Part shown: positions 1-13,787 of the stretch, piece after piece
How the letters are laid out: every line of letters begins with the position of its first letter
Position numbering within the stretch: the first letter of the stretch is position 1
Assembly (NCBI GenBank): GCA_963813715.1
Contig: CAWFAK010000006.1
Coordinates: forward strand, 32,001 to 96,000
Origin: an uncultured Planctomycetaceae bacterium
GTDB lineage: Bacteria; Planctomycetota; Planctomycetia; Planctomycetales; Planctomycetaceae
Direction of reading: 5' to 3'
DNA length: 64,000 nt
Made by a program: the position numbers and the translations under genes
The notes under the pieces: model-generated
Database searches by the model: none
What the model was told of the DNA's origin: nothing
The model's input: the letters and a program-made list of their open reading frames with translations, nothing else

Positions 1-2
1 CC

Positions 3-938
3 GATCTGTTCGCGGGCGAGCAGCTCGTCTGGGTCGGCCGCTATCGCGAACCGGGCCCGGTCAAGCTCACGCTTTCGGGCGATCTGGGCGGGAAGCGACA
101 GACATACACGCTGGCGGCGAACTTCGCGGCGCATTCGGTTCCCGACGCCAACGCCTTCGTCGAAAAGGTCTGGGCGACGCGGCGCATCGGGGAGCTGATC
201 GATGAAATTGATCTCAATGGCAAAAACCGCGAGCTGACCGACGAACTCGTGCACCTGTCGCTCAAGTACGGCATTATGACGCCTTACACGTCCTTTCTGG
301 CCGATGAGCATGTCGATCTGGCAAACCGCGGCAACTTGAACCGCCGCGCCGGCGAGTCGCTCAACCAACTGCAAGCCGCCGACGGAACCTCGGGGTTCGA
401 GCAGCGCAAATTCAAGCAACGTGCGAAATCCGCTGACCTCTTGCCGCCTCCAGCGAATTTCGGAGGGGGATTCGGTGGCATGGGCGGCGGGGGAATGGGC
501 GGAGGCGGCGCGGGTATGGGCGGCGGTGGAGGCAGGGGCGGCGGTGGAGGCGGCATGGGCGGAGGTGGCATGGGTGGTGCCGCTGTCCCCAGCCCGGCTC
601 CCGTCTCCCCCATGTCGATGAGCGGCAAGAGCGTGCGCTCGTCGCGGAAGCACCAGACCGCTCCGCAACCGGGCGATCGCTCCGAAGTTTCGCCCCGGCC
701 CGTGATGCAAACCGTCGGCGACAAGACCTTCTATTGGAAAAACAATCGCTGGCGCGATGCGGATCTGACCGAAGAGACCGAGAAGGACCCGATTCGCGTC
801 CAGCAATTCAGCGACGCGTACTTCGCCCTGGCCGCCCGCGACAACGGCCGCTTCTCGAAGTATCTCGCCCTGGAGGGCCCGATCCTCGTGAGACTCGACG
901 ACAAGACGTACTTGATCGAGGCAGCCGAGACGAAGTGA
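3..938 (+). CDS. VIT/VWA (inter-alpha-trypsin-inhibitor-like) domain protein, C-terminal part; 5' truncated by window edge
   Basis: The frame is open from base 3 (DLFAGEQLVWVGRY...VWATRRIGELIDEIDLNG...LSLKYGIMTPYTSFL), typical of VIT-VWA C-termini. A Gly/Met-rich tract lies at about 462-580. Confidence 0.75.
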   Translation, partial: DLFAGEQLVWVGRYREPGPVKLTLSGDLGGKRQTYTLAANFAAHSVPDANAFVEKVWATRRIGELIDEIDLNGKNRELTDELVHLSLKYGIMTPYTSFLADEHVDLANRGNLNRRAGESLNQLQAADGTSGFEQRKFKQRAKSADLLPPPANFGGGFGGMGGGGMGGGGAGMGGGGGRGGGGGGMGGGGMGGAAVPSPAPVSPMSMSGKSVRSSRKHQTAPQPGDRSEVSPRPVMQTVGDKTFYWKNNRWRDADLTEETEKDPIRVQQFSDAYFALAARDNGRFSKYLALEGPILVRLDDKTYLIEAAETK

Positions 939-956
939 GAGCCGAAACTGCTCGAC

Positions 957-1946
957 CTACGCGGCTGCCGCGTGGGTCGCGGCCCGCGGTGCCTGGGCGC
1001 TAAAGGCCACGTTGATCGTCGCGGCGAGGCTCGACTGGCCCGATTGCCGGGCCTCGATCCGCAGCCCGTACGACTTCGCCGCCGTGATCCGCACCCGCCC
1101 TTCGAAATCCGAGAGCAAGTGGCACTCGGCCCGCGGATCACAAGCCAGCGGCGGCGAGAACGCCAGGTGAGCGACGCCTACCTTTTCGGCGGGGTCCAAC
1201 TCGATCCGCACGGCCCCCTCGATCACTTCGCCTCCGTCGGCCAAGCGCCGTCTCGTCATCCATTGCACGATCGATTCATCAGCCTCGCGCTCCTCATCGG
1301 TCAGCGTCTCGGATTCCTCGTCCGCGAACGAATCGTCGACGAGGGATTCGGCCGACTCGTGGCCAAGCTCGATGTCAGGTTCGACGTCGGCCGCGGGAAC
1401 GGATGCCATCGCGGAAGGTGCGTCCAAAAGCGGTGCAGCAACCTGCCTCTCTGTGTCACGAATCGTATTCACGAGGCGTTCCGGCTCGGCGGGGGCCCGC
1501 GCGAAGAGTGCCGATCGCAGCTCGTCGGTGAGAACAAATCCGCCCGCGGAATCCTCAATTGCCACCGCGCCGATCAGACAGGCGAGCGCTAGTGCCGCGA
1601 GGTAACCGCCGACAAACGCCGACGGAGTCAGCCACAATGCGGCCCCGAGCGCTAACGGCGCCAACACGGCCAGCGCGAGCGCCGCCAGTGGGATCCAAGC
1701 CTGCCGGAAACGAGCGGGCGCGGCCTGTCTCCACAGCGCCAGCGCCGCCAGCGACAAGAGCGCAGCCAGCGTGGCGACCAGGCACGGAACAGCCGGGGCG
1801 ACCGGTCCGCGAAACGATCCGCTCAGGCGGCGAGAAACGACGACGACCGTCACGAGGGCGATCGCCGTTTCGGTCGTCAGCGCGAAGACTTTGCGAAAGT
1901 CGTCAGGCGCTCGCAGCCGTTGGAGCCGACGGTTCGTTGTCGACAT
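957..1946 (-). CDS. hypothetical membrane protein (about 4 TM helices, acidic linker, C-terminal soluble domain), probably co-transcribed with metK
   Basis: 329-aa ORF with hydrophobic segments and an AAGGA RBS, starting 33 bp after the metK stop. Confidence 0.7.
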   Translation of the reverse strand: MSTTNRRLQRLRAPDDFRKVFALTTETAIALVTVVVVSRRLSGSFRGPVAPAVPCLVATLAALLSLAALALWRQAAPARFRQAWIPLAALALAVLAPLALGAALWLTPSAFVGGYLAALALACLIGAVAIEDSAGGFVLTDELRSALFARAPAEPERLVNTIRDTERQVAAPLLDAPSAMASVPAADVEPDIELGHESAESLVDDSFADEESETLTDEEREADESIVQWMTRRRLADGGEVIEGAVRIELDPAEKVGVAHLAFSPPLACDPRAECHLLSDFEGRVRITAAKSYGLRIEARQSGQSSLAATINVAFSAQAPRAATHAAAA

Positions 1947-1979
1947 GGGATTGGCATCCTTGCCAAAGGTTTCACCGAC

Positions 1980-3122
1980 TTACAGTCCGGCCGCTTTAGC
2001 CAACTCGGCGGCGCGGTCGGTCTTTTCCCAGGTGAAGTCCGGATCGTTGCGGCCGAAATGCCCGCCGGAGGCCGTCTTGCGGAAGATGGGCCGCCGCAGT
2101 TTGAGATACTCGATGATCCCACGGGGAGTCAGCGGGAAGATCTCGCGGACAGCCGCCGCGATCCGCTCCTCGGGCACTTTAGCGGTGCCGTTAGTGTCCA
2201 CGCAGATGCCGACCGGATCGGCAACGCCAATCGCGTAGGCAATTTGCATCTCGCACTCGTCCGCCAGGCCCGAGGCCACGACGTTCTTGGCCACATGCCG
2301 GGCCATGTAGGCGGCCGAGCGATCGACCTTGGTCGGATCCTTGCCGCTGAAAGCCCCGCCGCCGTGGCGTCCCCAGCCGCCGTAGGTGTCGACGATGATC
2401 TTGCGGCCGGTCAGTCCGCAGTCGCCGTGGGGCCCGCCGATGACGAAGCGGCCCGTGGGGTTGATGTGGTATTTCGTGTCGCGGGTGAGCAGATGCTCGG
2501 GCACGGACCGGGGGATGATCTTCTTGCGGATGTACTCGCCGATCTCGGACTGTTCGACTTTCTCGGAGTGCTGCGTCGAGACGACGATCGCCGTAATGCC
2601 GACAGCCTTGCGGCCATCGAACTCGACAGTGACCTGGCTCTTGCTGTCGGGCCGCAGCCAGTCGACTTCTTTCTTGTAGCGGGCCTCGGTCAGCTTCTCG
2701 AGGATGCGGTGAGCCAGCGCGATCGGCAGCGGCATCAGCTCGTCGGTCTGGCGGCAGGCGTAGCCGAACATCAGCCCCTGGTCGCCCGCTCCGTCGCGGT
2801 CGACGCCCATGGCGATGTCGCCCGACTGGCTGTGAATCGTCGTGCAGACCTTGCAGGTGGCGGCGTTAAAGCCCTCGTCCTCGCCGTTGTAGCCGATGTC
2901 GTGGGCGACCTTGCGGGCGATGTCGGCGAAGTCGACCTGGCCCCGCGAAGTGATCTCGCCCGCCAGCACGACCTGATCGGTGGTGCACAGCGTCTCGCAG
3001 GCAACGCGGGACATCGGGTCCTGGGCGATCAAGGCGTCGAGGATCCCGTCAGAGATCTGGTCGCAGACCTTGTCCGGATGCCCCATGCTGACCGATTCGC
3101 TGCTGAACAAAAACTTCGACAT
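1980..3122 (-). CDS. metK: S-adenosylmethionine synthetase
   Basis: Motifs [36 protein letters not shown]. Start placed at MSKFLF, preceded by GAGG. Confidence 0.99.
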   Translation of the reverse strand: MSKFLFSSESVSMGHPDKVCDQISDGILDALIAQDPMSRVACETLCTTDQVVLAGEITSRGQVDFADIARKVAHDIGYNGEDEGFNAATCKVCTTIHSQSGDIAMGVDRDGAGDQGLMFGYACRQTDELMPLPIALAHRILEKLTEARYKKEVDWLRPDSKSQVTVEFDGRKAVGITAIVVSTQHSEKVEQSEIGEYIRKKIIPRSVPEHLLTRDTKYHINPTGRFVIGGPHGDCGLTGRKIIVDTYGGWGRHGGGAFSGKDPTKVDRSAAYMARHVAKNVVASGLADECEMQIAYAIGVADPVGICVDTNGTAKVPEERIAAAVREIFPLTPRGIIEYLKLRRPIFRKTASGGHFGRNDPDFTWEKTDRAAELAKAAGL

Positions 3123-3251
3123 GAACCTCGCTCCGCACTCAACAGTCGGCTGGTTGGAAGGCCAAAACTCTCCGGACGACGCCTGTTCTCCCACGTTTCG
3201 CCGGCTGCTGGACGAACTCGACAGATTGGGGCGCACAAGCGCGGACGCATC

Positions 3252-3280
3252 ATTCTACTGCCCCGGGCCGTACCCAACAA
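3252..3280 (-). promoter_or_regulatory. sigma70-like promoter for metK (TTGTTG-17-TAGAAT)
   Basis: Hexamers with exact 17-nt spacing, about 130 bp upstream of the metK start. Confidence 0.5.
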
Positions 3281-3361
3281 TAATATCGGGGGCCGGAAGG
3301 GGGCCGACCTGCCGACGTCGCCCCCGCCGATCTGCCGGGCCGAAAACAGCATCCGGAGCCC

Positions 3362-3767
3362 CGCTTCGGCTTGGTACGACGCATTCACCAACCCGAAGCG
3401 TCGGCGAGGGCTCTGCGTGGCATCGAATCCCTGGACGAACTCACACCAAGCCGTGGCCGTAACGCGCGGTCCGGCGGGGGCCGGGACGACGCGCAAAACC
3501 GCGAAGGGGTGGAACTCCTCTTGCCACCGGACCTCGGCGAGCTCCCTTCGGGTCCGAGCCTCAGGGTCGAAGACAGTCGAGGCGTGCAAACCGGTGGAAG
3601 AGCGGCCGCCTCTGTTTCCGAAGCCCCCGAAGGGGGCGACACTCTGCTAGCCACCGGTGTCAACCGGTGGTCCGCGAGCCTCTCTCCGCGCTCAAAGCCC
3701 CCGAAGCGGGGCGACACTTTTCATTTCGCTAGCCGCGGGCGTTGGTCGCCGCAACAGTGTCGCCCCC
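3362..3767. repeat. cluster of REP-like palindromes (several families, partly nested)
   Basis: CGCTTCGGCTTGGT/ACCAACCCGAAGCG inverted pair (3362-3400); two GCCACCGG-loop-CCGGTGG hairpins (3523-3597, 3650-3670); two AAGCCCCCGAAG(G/C)GGGGCGACAC-type copies; an inverted GTGTCGCCCCC at 3757-3767. Confidence 0.85.
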
Positions 3768-4060
3768 ATCGCACTTCCCCGAAGCTCTTGCTTCGCCGCG
3801 GAATGGCGAGCACGCATGCACGACGATCGGCCTCTCGTAACGGCGATCGGCGCTGGTGGCGCTTCGTCAATCGGCAGCGCACCAACTTCGATAGAAGACA
3901 GAGAGCGACAGGAAGGTCTGGCAAGAGCCGACCATTCGGGGCGACTGCGGCGCACTCTTCGTTTCCGGCGGACTGACGTTTTCCAGCGATCTTGGCGACC
4001 GACGCGGCGATAGACTATTGGACGAGATCCTCTACCCGGCCCTTTTTAGGACGGCATGGT

Positions 4061-5216
4061 ATGGCCGCGACAGAAGCCCAAAAACCCTGGCTCGCGATCG
4101 AGATTCCGCGCATTGGACGACGCGAATTCGCCAACGCCAGTGAAGTCGTAAATTGGATCCAAAATCAGGAGATTCGGCGATGGGAGCCGATTCGAAACGC
4201 GATCCCGAGTAACATGCAGGATACGAGACAATTTGCCGAGAGAGTCCTTTCCGGTTTCGTCCGGCTGCTAGAGGCGGTAAGGAGGGCCGACCAAGCGGCC
4301 CGCGCCACCGGTGCTCAGGCGCATGCGCAGGCGATCGAACGGGAAATCTCGGCTGCGTTCACCAAGGACTGCCTTTCCGTATCGGCGCCAGAGGTCGAAT
4401 TCCTTGCACATTTCATAAGGCCGTGGCCGCCGGTGTACGGCGGGCTGGCAGAATTCGTCCTGAAGCGACACTTCTCACCCGACACGCTGCGCACGACGCC
4501 CGAGCTCGGGTATCTTCTTGGGATTCTACAAGAAGAAGGAGTCGTTAAACGCGGCGACTATGAACCGATTAGGCGATTGCACGACGAATGGAAAGAAAAA
4601 CACGAGCAGGTCAAACGGGAATTCGACCTTTGGCTTGCGGCCGCGAAGATTGAGAACGATCAATTTACCGAACGATACAAACAAGTGCAGATCGCTGCGG
4701 AACCGGTTTCCTACTGGAACGAGAAAAAGAAACGACATCGCTGGGGCGCAATCGCCTTCGGGGTTTTCTTTGTCGTCCTCGCGGTTGCTGGCGGCGCAGT
4801 CGCTGATCCTCTGGATGGGAACGACTCAACAGGCGGCCGTCGACGCCATAAAGGCATCGGGGAGCGTCGATCATACGGCCCTCCTGTTAACTCTGGCCCA
4901 ACCGCTGTTCGGCAAGCTTCTCGCAGCACTCGGCCTATTTTGGGCTCTCCGAATAGTTAGCCGGATCCTGCTGGCCGAGCTGCATCTCTATGCGGATGCT
5001 GACGAGCGCGTAGTGATGGGGAAAACTTACATCTCGCTACTGCTAGGCAAGGGAATCCTAGAGGGAAAGCCCGGCGTCGATAAAGAGGATATAACGATCA
5101 TCCTGTCGCAACTCTTCCGTCCGACGACGAGCGGAATCTTCCCGGACGATGTGGCACCACAGATCCCGATCGCCGAATTGACCAAACTGGGGTCGGCGTC
5201 AAAAGCGAAGGACTGA
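4061..5216 (+). CDS. DUF6161-like membrane protein (frameshift near 4795)
   Basis: Two overlapping ORFs join into coiled-coil + 2 TM + LHLYADADERVVMGKTYISLL...IILSQLFRPTTSGI, which resembles the DUF6161 C-terminus. Visibly lower GC than the flanks. Confidence 0.65.
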
Positions 5217-5280
5217 ACAAACTTCCGTCGCGCAATAAATCAAATGATCATGCAAACTGATCTTCGGAAACTTCAGCATC

Positions 5281-5289
5281 TGGTATAAT
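5281..5289 (+). promoter_or_regulatory. extended -10 promoter (TGnTATAAT)
   Basis: Perfect TGGTATAAT in an AT-rich spacer upstream of the AAA ATPase. Confidence 0.55.
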
Positions 5290-5454
5290 GGAAGCGTGAC
5301 AACCTGATGTCGCATGACGGAGACGCGTAAAGCGTCGCAAGTTTCTTAACGAAAGCCGTCGCCTTTTCAGCCGCTGGGCTGGGCGATGGCTTTGTTCGTT
5401 TGCAAGCCGGTCTCGCTCAGCAAGGCGGTGCAACAACCAATTTGCGAGGCTGGT

Positions 5455-8576
<3,122 letters not shown>

Positions 8577-10145
8577 TCAATCTGCCTGGACGATCTCACA
8601 CAAGTGAGCGAGGACTTTGGCGATCGTCTTGGTTTCCGCCGCCTTGTCGATCGCGACGCCGGTGACCACGAACGAAAAAACCAGCTGGCGGTCGCTCTTC
8701 GTTGTGAGGTAGCCGGCGAGGGCCTTACTCGTCACCAGGAAGTGATCGTCGAGCAGGTTTTCCCAGAGGAGCGTGCCCGTCTTGGCGTGGACTTTTCCCC
8801 AGACGGGGCTGGTTTTGGGGACGTCGTCCGCCAACGTGCCGTCGACACCGAGAATCGGCAACGCCCGCTCGAAGGCGGAGAAATCGGGACGTGTCGACAA
8901 ATAACGCAGCAACGTGACCGTCATGCGGGGCGTGGTGTAGTCGGATGGGGCACCGCCGGCGCCGCCGCCGAAGGAAAGCGACCCAGCGTCCAGCCCGGCA
9001 CGCCGAAAGAACTCGCGTTCGAAGTGCATGCCGTCCGTCAGCTCCCGCTTGCCGTGCCGCATTGCAATCAACAGGGGCAGCGTGCTCGCGTGCAGATTGT
9101 GGCTCACCTTGAGAATCAGACGGGCGTTCTCGGCGAAGGGAGGCGACTTGAGCGTCGCCACTTTGACCAGCCCGTGCAGGTCTCCCGGTTTGGGCAGCAG
9201 GCTGTCGGGATTAAAGTCGTAAAGCGAAGCCGAGACGCGGACGCCGGCCCGCGCGAGGGCTTCGATGAAGAGCGTTCGGGCCCAGCGAGACGGGTCGGCC
9301 ACTTCACTCACGCAAACGAACTGCGGGCGGTCGGCAGCAATTCGGCCCCGCACGACGAAGCGATCGTCGCCGGCCGGACGGCAGTCGATCGTCGATTGGC
9401 CGCCCGGAGCAATCGTCTCGACCTGCGCGTCGACGCCAAGCGCGGCCGACTTCGGCCGCCAGTCAACCTTGGCGGGCGAGCCTTTGGCGGCCGGCGTGAT
9501 CGTGAAGTCGATCAGGTTGTCGTTGACCATGATGGGCGTCAAACGCGAAGGTCCGCTGCCCGTGCCGCTGGCCGGAGCGAACGCCCGGGCATCGATGATC
9601 ACTTGCCCGCGGACTTCCCGCACGCCGGTTGCCGCGACTTGCCGCGCGAGCGAGTTCAGACCGGCGAGCGGATCGCCCGCCGTCAGCACGGCGATGCCTG
9701 CCGGGTTGGCATAGGTGTGGTCAGCCTTGGTGTATTCGATCTCGTTCGCCTTGGTCGTCCGGCCGCCCAGCGTGAGATCGCCCACCGCCACCAGGATCAG
9801 GTCGCCGTTCAGCACGCCCGCCGCATCGACGGTTCCCCGGCGGAACACGGGCGTCTCGAAGCAGAAATTGCTGCCCAGCGTGTCCAGCGCGGCCGAAACC
9901 GAGTAGAGCTTGGTCGTGGACGCCGGCGGAAAGAGCTTGTCGGCATCGCGCTCGTACAACACTTCGCCCGTGCGACGGTCAGCGACGAGCAGGCCCCAGC
10001 GCGCGTGCTGGAAGCGTGGGCCGTCGATCACTTCGCGAATTTGAGGCGACAGCTTTTCGCCCGCGGTGGCGGAGGCGGCCGCCAGCATCAGGCCCGCGCC
10101 GCAAACAACCAGCTGAGCGACAAGGCAAACGGCGGCACGGGACAT
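8577..10145 (-). CDS. dacB: D-alanyl-D-alanine carboxypeptidase/endopeptidase (PBP4, peptidase S13)
   Basis: Signal peptide; SxxK (ASTTK), SxN (SHN) and KTG motifs. Confidence 0.92.
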   Translation of the reverse strand: MSRAAVCLVAQLVVCGAGLMLAAASATAGEKLSPQIREVIDGPRFQHARWGLLVADRRTGEVLYERDADKLFPPASTTKLYSVSAALDTLGSNFCFETPVFRRGTVDAAGVLNGDLILVAVGDLTLGGRTTKANEIEYTKADHTYANPAGIAVLTAGDPLAGLNSLARQVAATGVREVRGQVIIDARAFAPASGTGSGPSRLTPIMVNDNLIDFTITPAAKGSPAKVDWRPKSAALGVDAQVETIAPGGQSTIDCRPAGDDRFVVRGRIAADRPQFVCVSEVADPSRWARTLFIEALARAGVRVSASLYDFNPDSLLPKPGDLHGLVKVATLKSPPFAENARLILKVSHNLHASTLPLLIAMRHGKRELTDGMHFEREFFRRAGLDAGSLSFGGGAGGAPSDYTTPRMTVTLLRYLSTRPDFSAFERALPILGVDGTLADDVPKTSPVWGKVHAKTGTLLWENLLDDHFLVTSKALAGYLTTKSDRQLVFSFVVTGVAIDKAAETKTIAKVLAHLCEIVQAD

Positions 10146-10209
10146 GGAGCGGCTCCCAGCAAATTCGAGCAGGATGGTCGATCTAGAAGCGAAGGCGATT
10201 GAGGCGCGG

Positions 10210-11667
10210 CTAGGACGGATCGTCGTGGAGGATCTTGCTCACGGTCAGTCCGAGTTCCTGCAGACGTGTCCGCAGCGTATTGCGCGAGAGCCCCAGAATC
10301 TCGGCCGCCCGCGCCTGGTGGCCGCCGACCGACGCCAGCACCTGTTCCAGCAGCACCCGATCGACGGCCGCGTGAACCTGGTCGCTCAGGTTGGCAGTTC
10401 CCTGGGCGAGCAGCTTTTGGACGAGGGCCCGCACGTCCGACAAATCGCCGGCCCCCACCTCGCGCGGCGACTCCTGCGGACGGGTTGCCTCGCGCGAGTG
10501 GCCGCGAACGCTCGTCGGCAGCGCTTGGGGCGTCACGATCTCGCCCGTCGTGTGCACCAGGGCGAACTTGATCGCGCTTTCCAGCTCCCGCACGTTGCCC
10601 GGCCAACTGTGTCGGGCCAGCGCATCGATCGCCTCTGCCGAAATGCCGCGGACGCCGTCGGCCAGATCACGACGGAAGCGCTTCAAAAAGTGTTCGGCCA
10701 ACAGCGGGATATCATCAGGTCGCTCGCGCAAGGGGGGCAGCGTCAGCGTGAACGTGTTGAGCCGGAAGAAGAGGTCGGGGCGGAATTCCTTCCGCTGCAT
10801 CGCTTGTTCGAGGTCCTTGCTGGTGGCGGCAATGATCCGCACGTCGACATGAATTGTCTGGTTGCCGCCCACGCGCTCGAACTTCCCGTCCTGCAGCACG
10901 CGCAAGATCTTAGCCTGCGTGGCCGGGGCCGCGTCGCCAATTTCGTCGAGGAACAGCGTCCCCTGATGGGCCTGTTCGAACTTGCCGATCCGCACGCGGT
11001 CGGCCCCGGTAAACGCCCCCTTCTCGTGCCCGAAGAGTTCGCTTTCCAGAAGTGTTTCGGGGATCGCCGCGCAGTTGATCGCCAGAAACGCCCGGTCGCT
11101 GCGCCGGCTGTGATCGTAGATGGCCCGCGCGATCAGCTCTTTGCCCGTGCCGCTCTCGCCCAGAATCAGCACGGTCACGTCCTGTGCGGCAATCCGGCCG
11201 ACTTCCTTGAAGATGGATTGCATCGCCGCCGATCGACCGATCACGTGGTCGGCGCGGTCGTCCGCGACGGCGTCGGGATCGATCACCGTGCGGACGTGGG
11301 CCAGCCGTCCTGCTTCGAGCGCTTTGTGCACCAGCCCGGTCAATTCGTCCAGGTCCCACGGCTTGAGCAAGTAGTCGAAGGCCCCGCGCTGCATCGCCTC
11401 GATCGCCGTCTCCGCTGTGCCATGAGTCGTCATCACGATCACGGGCAGCTTGGGGTCGGCCGCTCGCAGTTCCTTCAGAACGTCGAGGCCGGAGAGATCG
11501 GGGAGCCGGACGTCGAGCAGCACGGCGTCGGGCTGTTCGCGGCTTGCCGCCTCGATGCCCGCTTTTCCGGTTTGTGCCGTCACGATCCGCAGGCCGTCGC
11601 AGCGCAGCCCCTTCTCCAGGGCGTAGAGCACGTTTCGCTCGTCATCGACGACCAGGAGTGTCGGCAT
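10210..11667 (-). CDS. sigma54-dependent response regulator (NtrC family: REC-AAA+-HTH)
   Basis: LLVVDD, GESGTGKE, GAFTGA, FLDEIG, WPGNVRELE and a Fis-type HTH. Confidence 0.97.
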   Translation of the reverse strand: MPTLLVVDDERNVLYALEKGLRCDGLRIVTAQTGKAGIEAASREQPDAVLLDVRLPDLSGLDVLKELRAADPKLPVIVMTTHGTAETAIEAMQRGAFDYLLKPWDLDELTGLVHKALEAGRLAHVRTVIDPDAVADDRADHVIGRSAAMQSIFKEVGRIAAQDVTVLILGESGTGKELIARAIYDHSRRSDRAFLAINCAAIPETLLESELFGHEKGAFTGADRVRIGKFEQAHQGTLFLDEIGDAAPATQAKILRVLQDGKFERVGGNQTIHVDVRIIAATSKDLEQAMQRKEFRPDLFFRLNTFTLTLPPLRERPDDIPLLAEHFLKRFRRDLADGVRGISAEAIDALARHSWPGNVRELESAIKFALVHTTGEIVTPQALPTSVRGHSREATRPQESPREVGAGDLSDVRALVQKLLAQGTANLSDQVHAAVDRVLLEQVLASVGGHQARAAEILGLSRNTLRTRLQELGLTVSKILHDDPS

Positions 11668-11675
11668 CGGTTGGT

Positions 11676-13290
11676 TTACTCTTGTCCGCGTGGTGCACCC
11701 ATCGACGACTCGGCCGAAATGGTCGTTTGGCCGTTCGTCGATTTATCGGTGGTCGTTCCGTCGCTAACCGGTTTGTCGCCGGGCGCGGACCGACCGAGGG
11801 TCGGCAGCGTGACGGTGAAAATCGCGCCGCCTTGTGGGCCGTTGGCCGCTTCGATACAGCCACGATGATCTTCGACAATGCGGCGGCAGATTGTCAGCCC
11901 CAAGCCGGTCCCCGATTCCTTCGTGCTGACAAACGGCTCGAACAGGCGGTCCCGCACAGCCTGCGAAATGCCCGGACCGCTGTCGGCTACAGTGACCACC
12001 GCGCAGCTCGGCCTCCGTCTCTCAATGCGGATCGTCACCTGGCCCTCGCTGCGAACGGCGTCGAACGCGTTGAGCAGGAGGTTGAGCAGCACCTGGTGCA
12101 ACTGCTCCGGATCGGCGTCGACTTCGATCGGGCGTTCCGGCGGCTCGACGACAACCCGAATCGACTGCTGCTCCGCGCGGCCGGCGAGGAGCTGGCACGT
12201 CCGTTCGACGACCGACGCCAGATCCACCCGCCGCTTGGCGATGGCCGGCGGACGGGCGTAGTCCAGAAACGATTGCAGCGAGCGATTCAATCGCTGGATT
12301 TCCTCGTCGAGCACGGCCAGGTCGCGGGCATTGAGCGATTCGGTCTCCGGATCACGGCGTGCGGCGTCGACGATCGTCTTCATGGCCGTCAGCGGATTGC
12401 GCAGCTCGTGCGCCAGGCCAGCGGCCAACTGCCCCAGCGCGGCCATCTGATCGTTGCGCAACCGATCGCGCTCGGCCGACTGCAGCCGCTCGACGACCTG
12501 CGCGACCCGCTGGGCCAGGCCGGCCGCCGCCGCATCGAGCTGTGCGAAGTTGTCGGTCGAGACGACCTGGACCGGCCCGACGACCTGGTCCAGCGAACCC
12601 AGGGCGCTACGAATCGGGATGCTCAATTCGATCAGCTCGCGACGGAGACTGCGGGCGATGCCGAAGCCCGGCCACCACTCCGCCCAGCGTGCCCCCCATG
12701 CCCAACACGAACAGGGCCCAGTCGGCCCGCCGCGTCACTTCGAGTCCGTTCTTCCGTGCCGCATGCAGCGCCTCGACGCAAAGCTCGCGTTCTTCGCGGG
12801 CGCGGGACAGAAGCTGCGGATCGAGCAGCGTGCCGATCACGCGGCGGGCGACGGCTTCGCGAGCCTCGCGGGGCGTCGGTGCCGTGGGCATTTGATTGAG
12901 CTCGCGTCGCAGGGCGACCGTGTACTGCTCCATCTCGGCGACCAGCGAATGGCCGCGTTCGGACATCACCAGGCCGTCCACCTGCACCAGGTCGTTATCC
13001 CCCTCCTGGCCCAGGCCGCGGGCCACTTCGACCTCGCGGGCCTGCCCGGCCGAAGCATAGTCGGTGAGGTGCCGTCGGCACTCGTCGAAGACCTGCTCGA
13101 CGCGCTCGGCCGCTTCGCTGGCGGACATCGCCTGGTCGATCACGCGGTCTGCCTCGAGCTGCATCCGCCGCAGTGCCAGCGACGCGATGGCGACGGTCGC
13201 CAACAGAAGCACGCTCAGCACCAAGGTGGGAGCGGCGACCCGCCAGACAATTCCGCGACCGGCAAAAGTCATCCTGTGAGTCTCGGACAA
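11676..13290 (-). CDS. membrane sensor histidine kinase (frameshift near 12665)
   Basis: Two TMs and a periplasmic helical domain in one frame; H-box LAHELRNPL, N box, DSGPG and GTGLGL in the next. Confidence 0.92.
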
Positions 13291-13500
13291 ATCAGTGGCC
13301 TGTCAACCTGCGGAAAACTAAATGACCGGCAAATCACAACGACCAAGGTGCACCGTCAAGGTTCGCGCGCGGCGGTTAAAAACTGAGCGCGATTTCCATC
13401 GTAACCGACCGGATCGGGAATTGGGCGCGCCGCTATTTATTCGCATTAACTCGAATCCTCTGGAGGTTTTCCGCCCCAATCGCGAGCGGCCACGTCGGAC

Positions 13501-13517
13501 TTGGCACATGGCCTGCA
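13501..13517 (+). promoter_or_regulatory. putative sigma54 (-24/-12) promoter
   Basis: TTGGCACATGGCCTGCA has GG-N10-GC spacing and lies divergent from an NtrC-family system. Confidence 0.65.
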
Positions 13518-13646
13518 TAGGTAGTGAATCGTTCAGAACTCTTACGAGGCATGTTGGAAAGAACTCGGATCGAAATCAGGGAAGTACGGGCCAGCTATTC
13601 ACGGTGCCACCCATTCACGGGACCACTGCGATCCGGGAGGGCCGCC

Positions 13647-13787
13647 ATGTCGGACGCAAAGCGAAGACGCAGGCATTCTCCCAACCATGTGAAACGCGCT
13701 TGGTATGCCCGGCACCGCTGCATTCGCTTCGCCCGTCGTTTCTTCGCGGGAAGCAACCCCGCCATTTCGCAAAGTGATCGAGGATGA
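13647..13787 (+). CDS. putative 46-aa Arg-rich small protein coupled to the recombinase
   Basis: GGGAGG RBS, then MSDAKRRRRHSPNHVKRAWYARHR...; the stop overlaps the recombinase start (ATGA). Confidence 0.4.
   Translation: MSDAKRRRRHSPNHVKRAWYARHRCIRFARRFFAGSNPAISQSDRG

Noticed and set aside
3123..3250. SAM riboswitch in the metK leader
   Set aside because: I could not find SAM-I or SAM-II core motifs by eye. A covariance-model search would be needed to exclude other classes.
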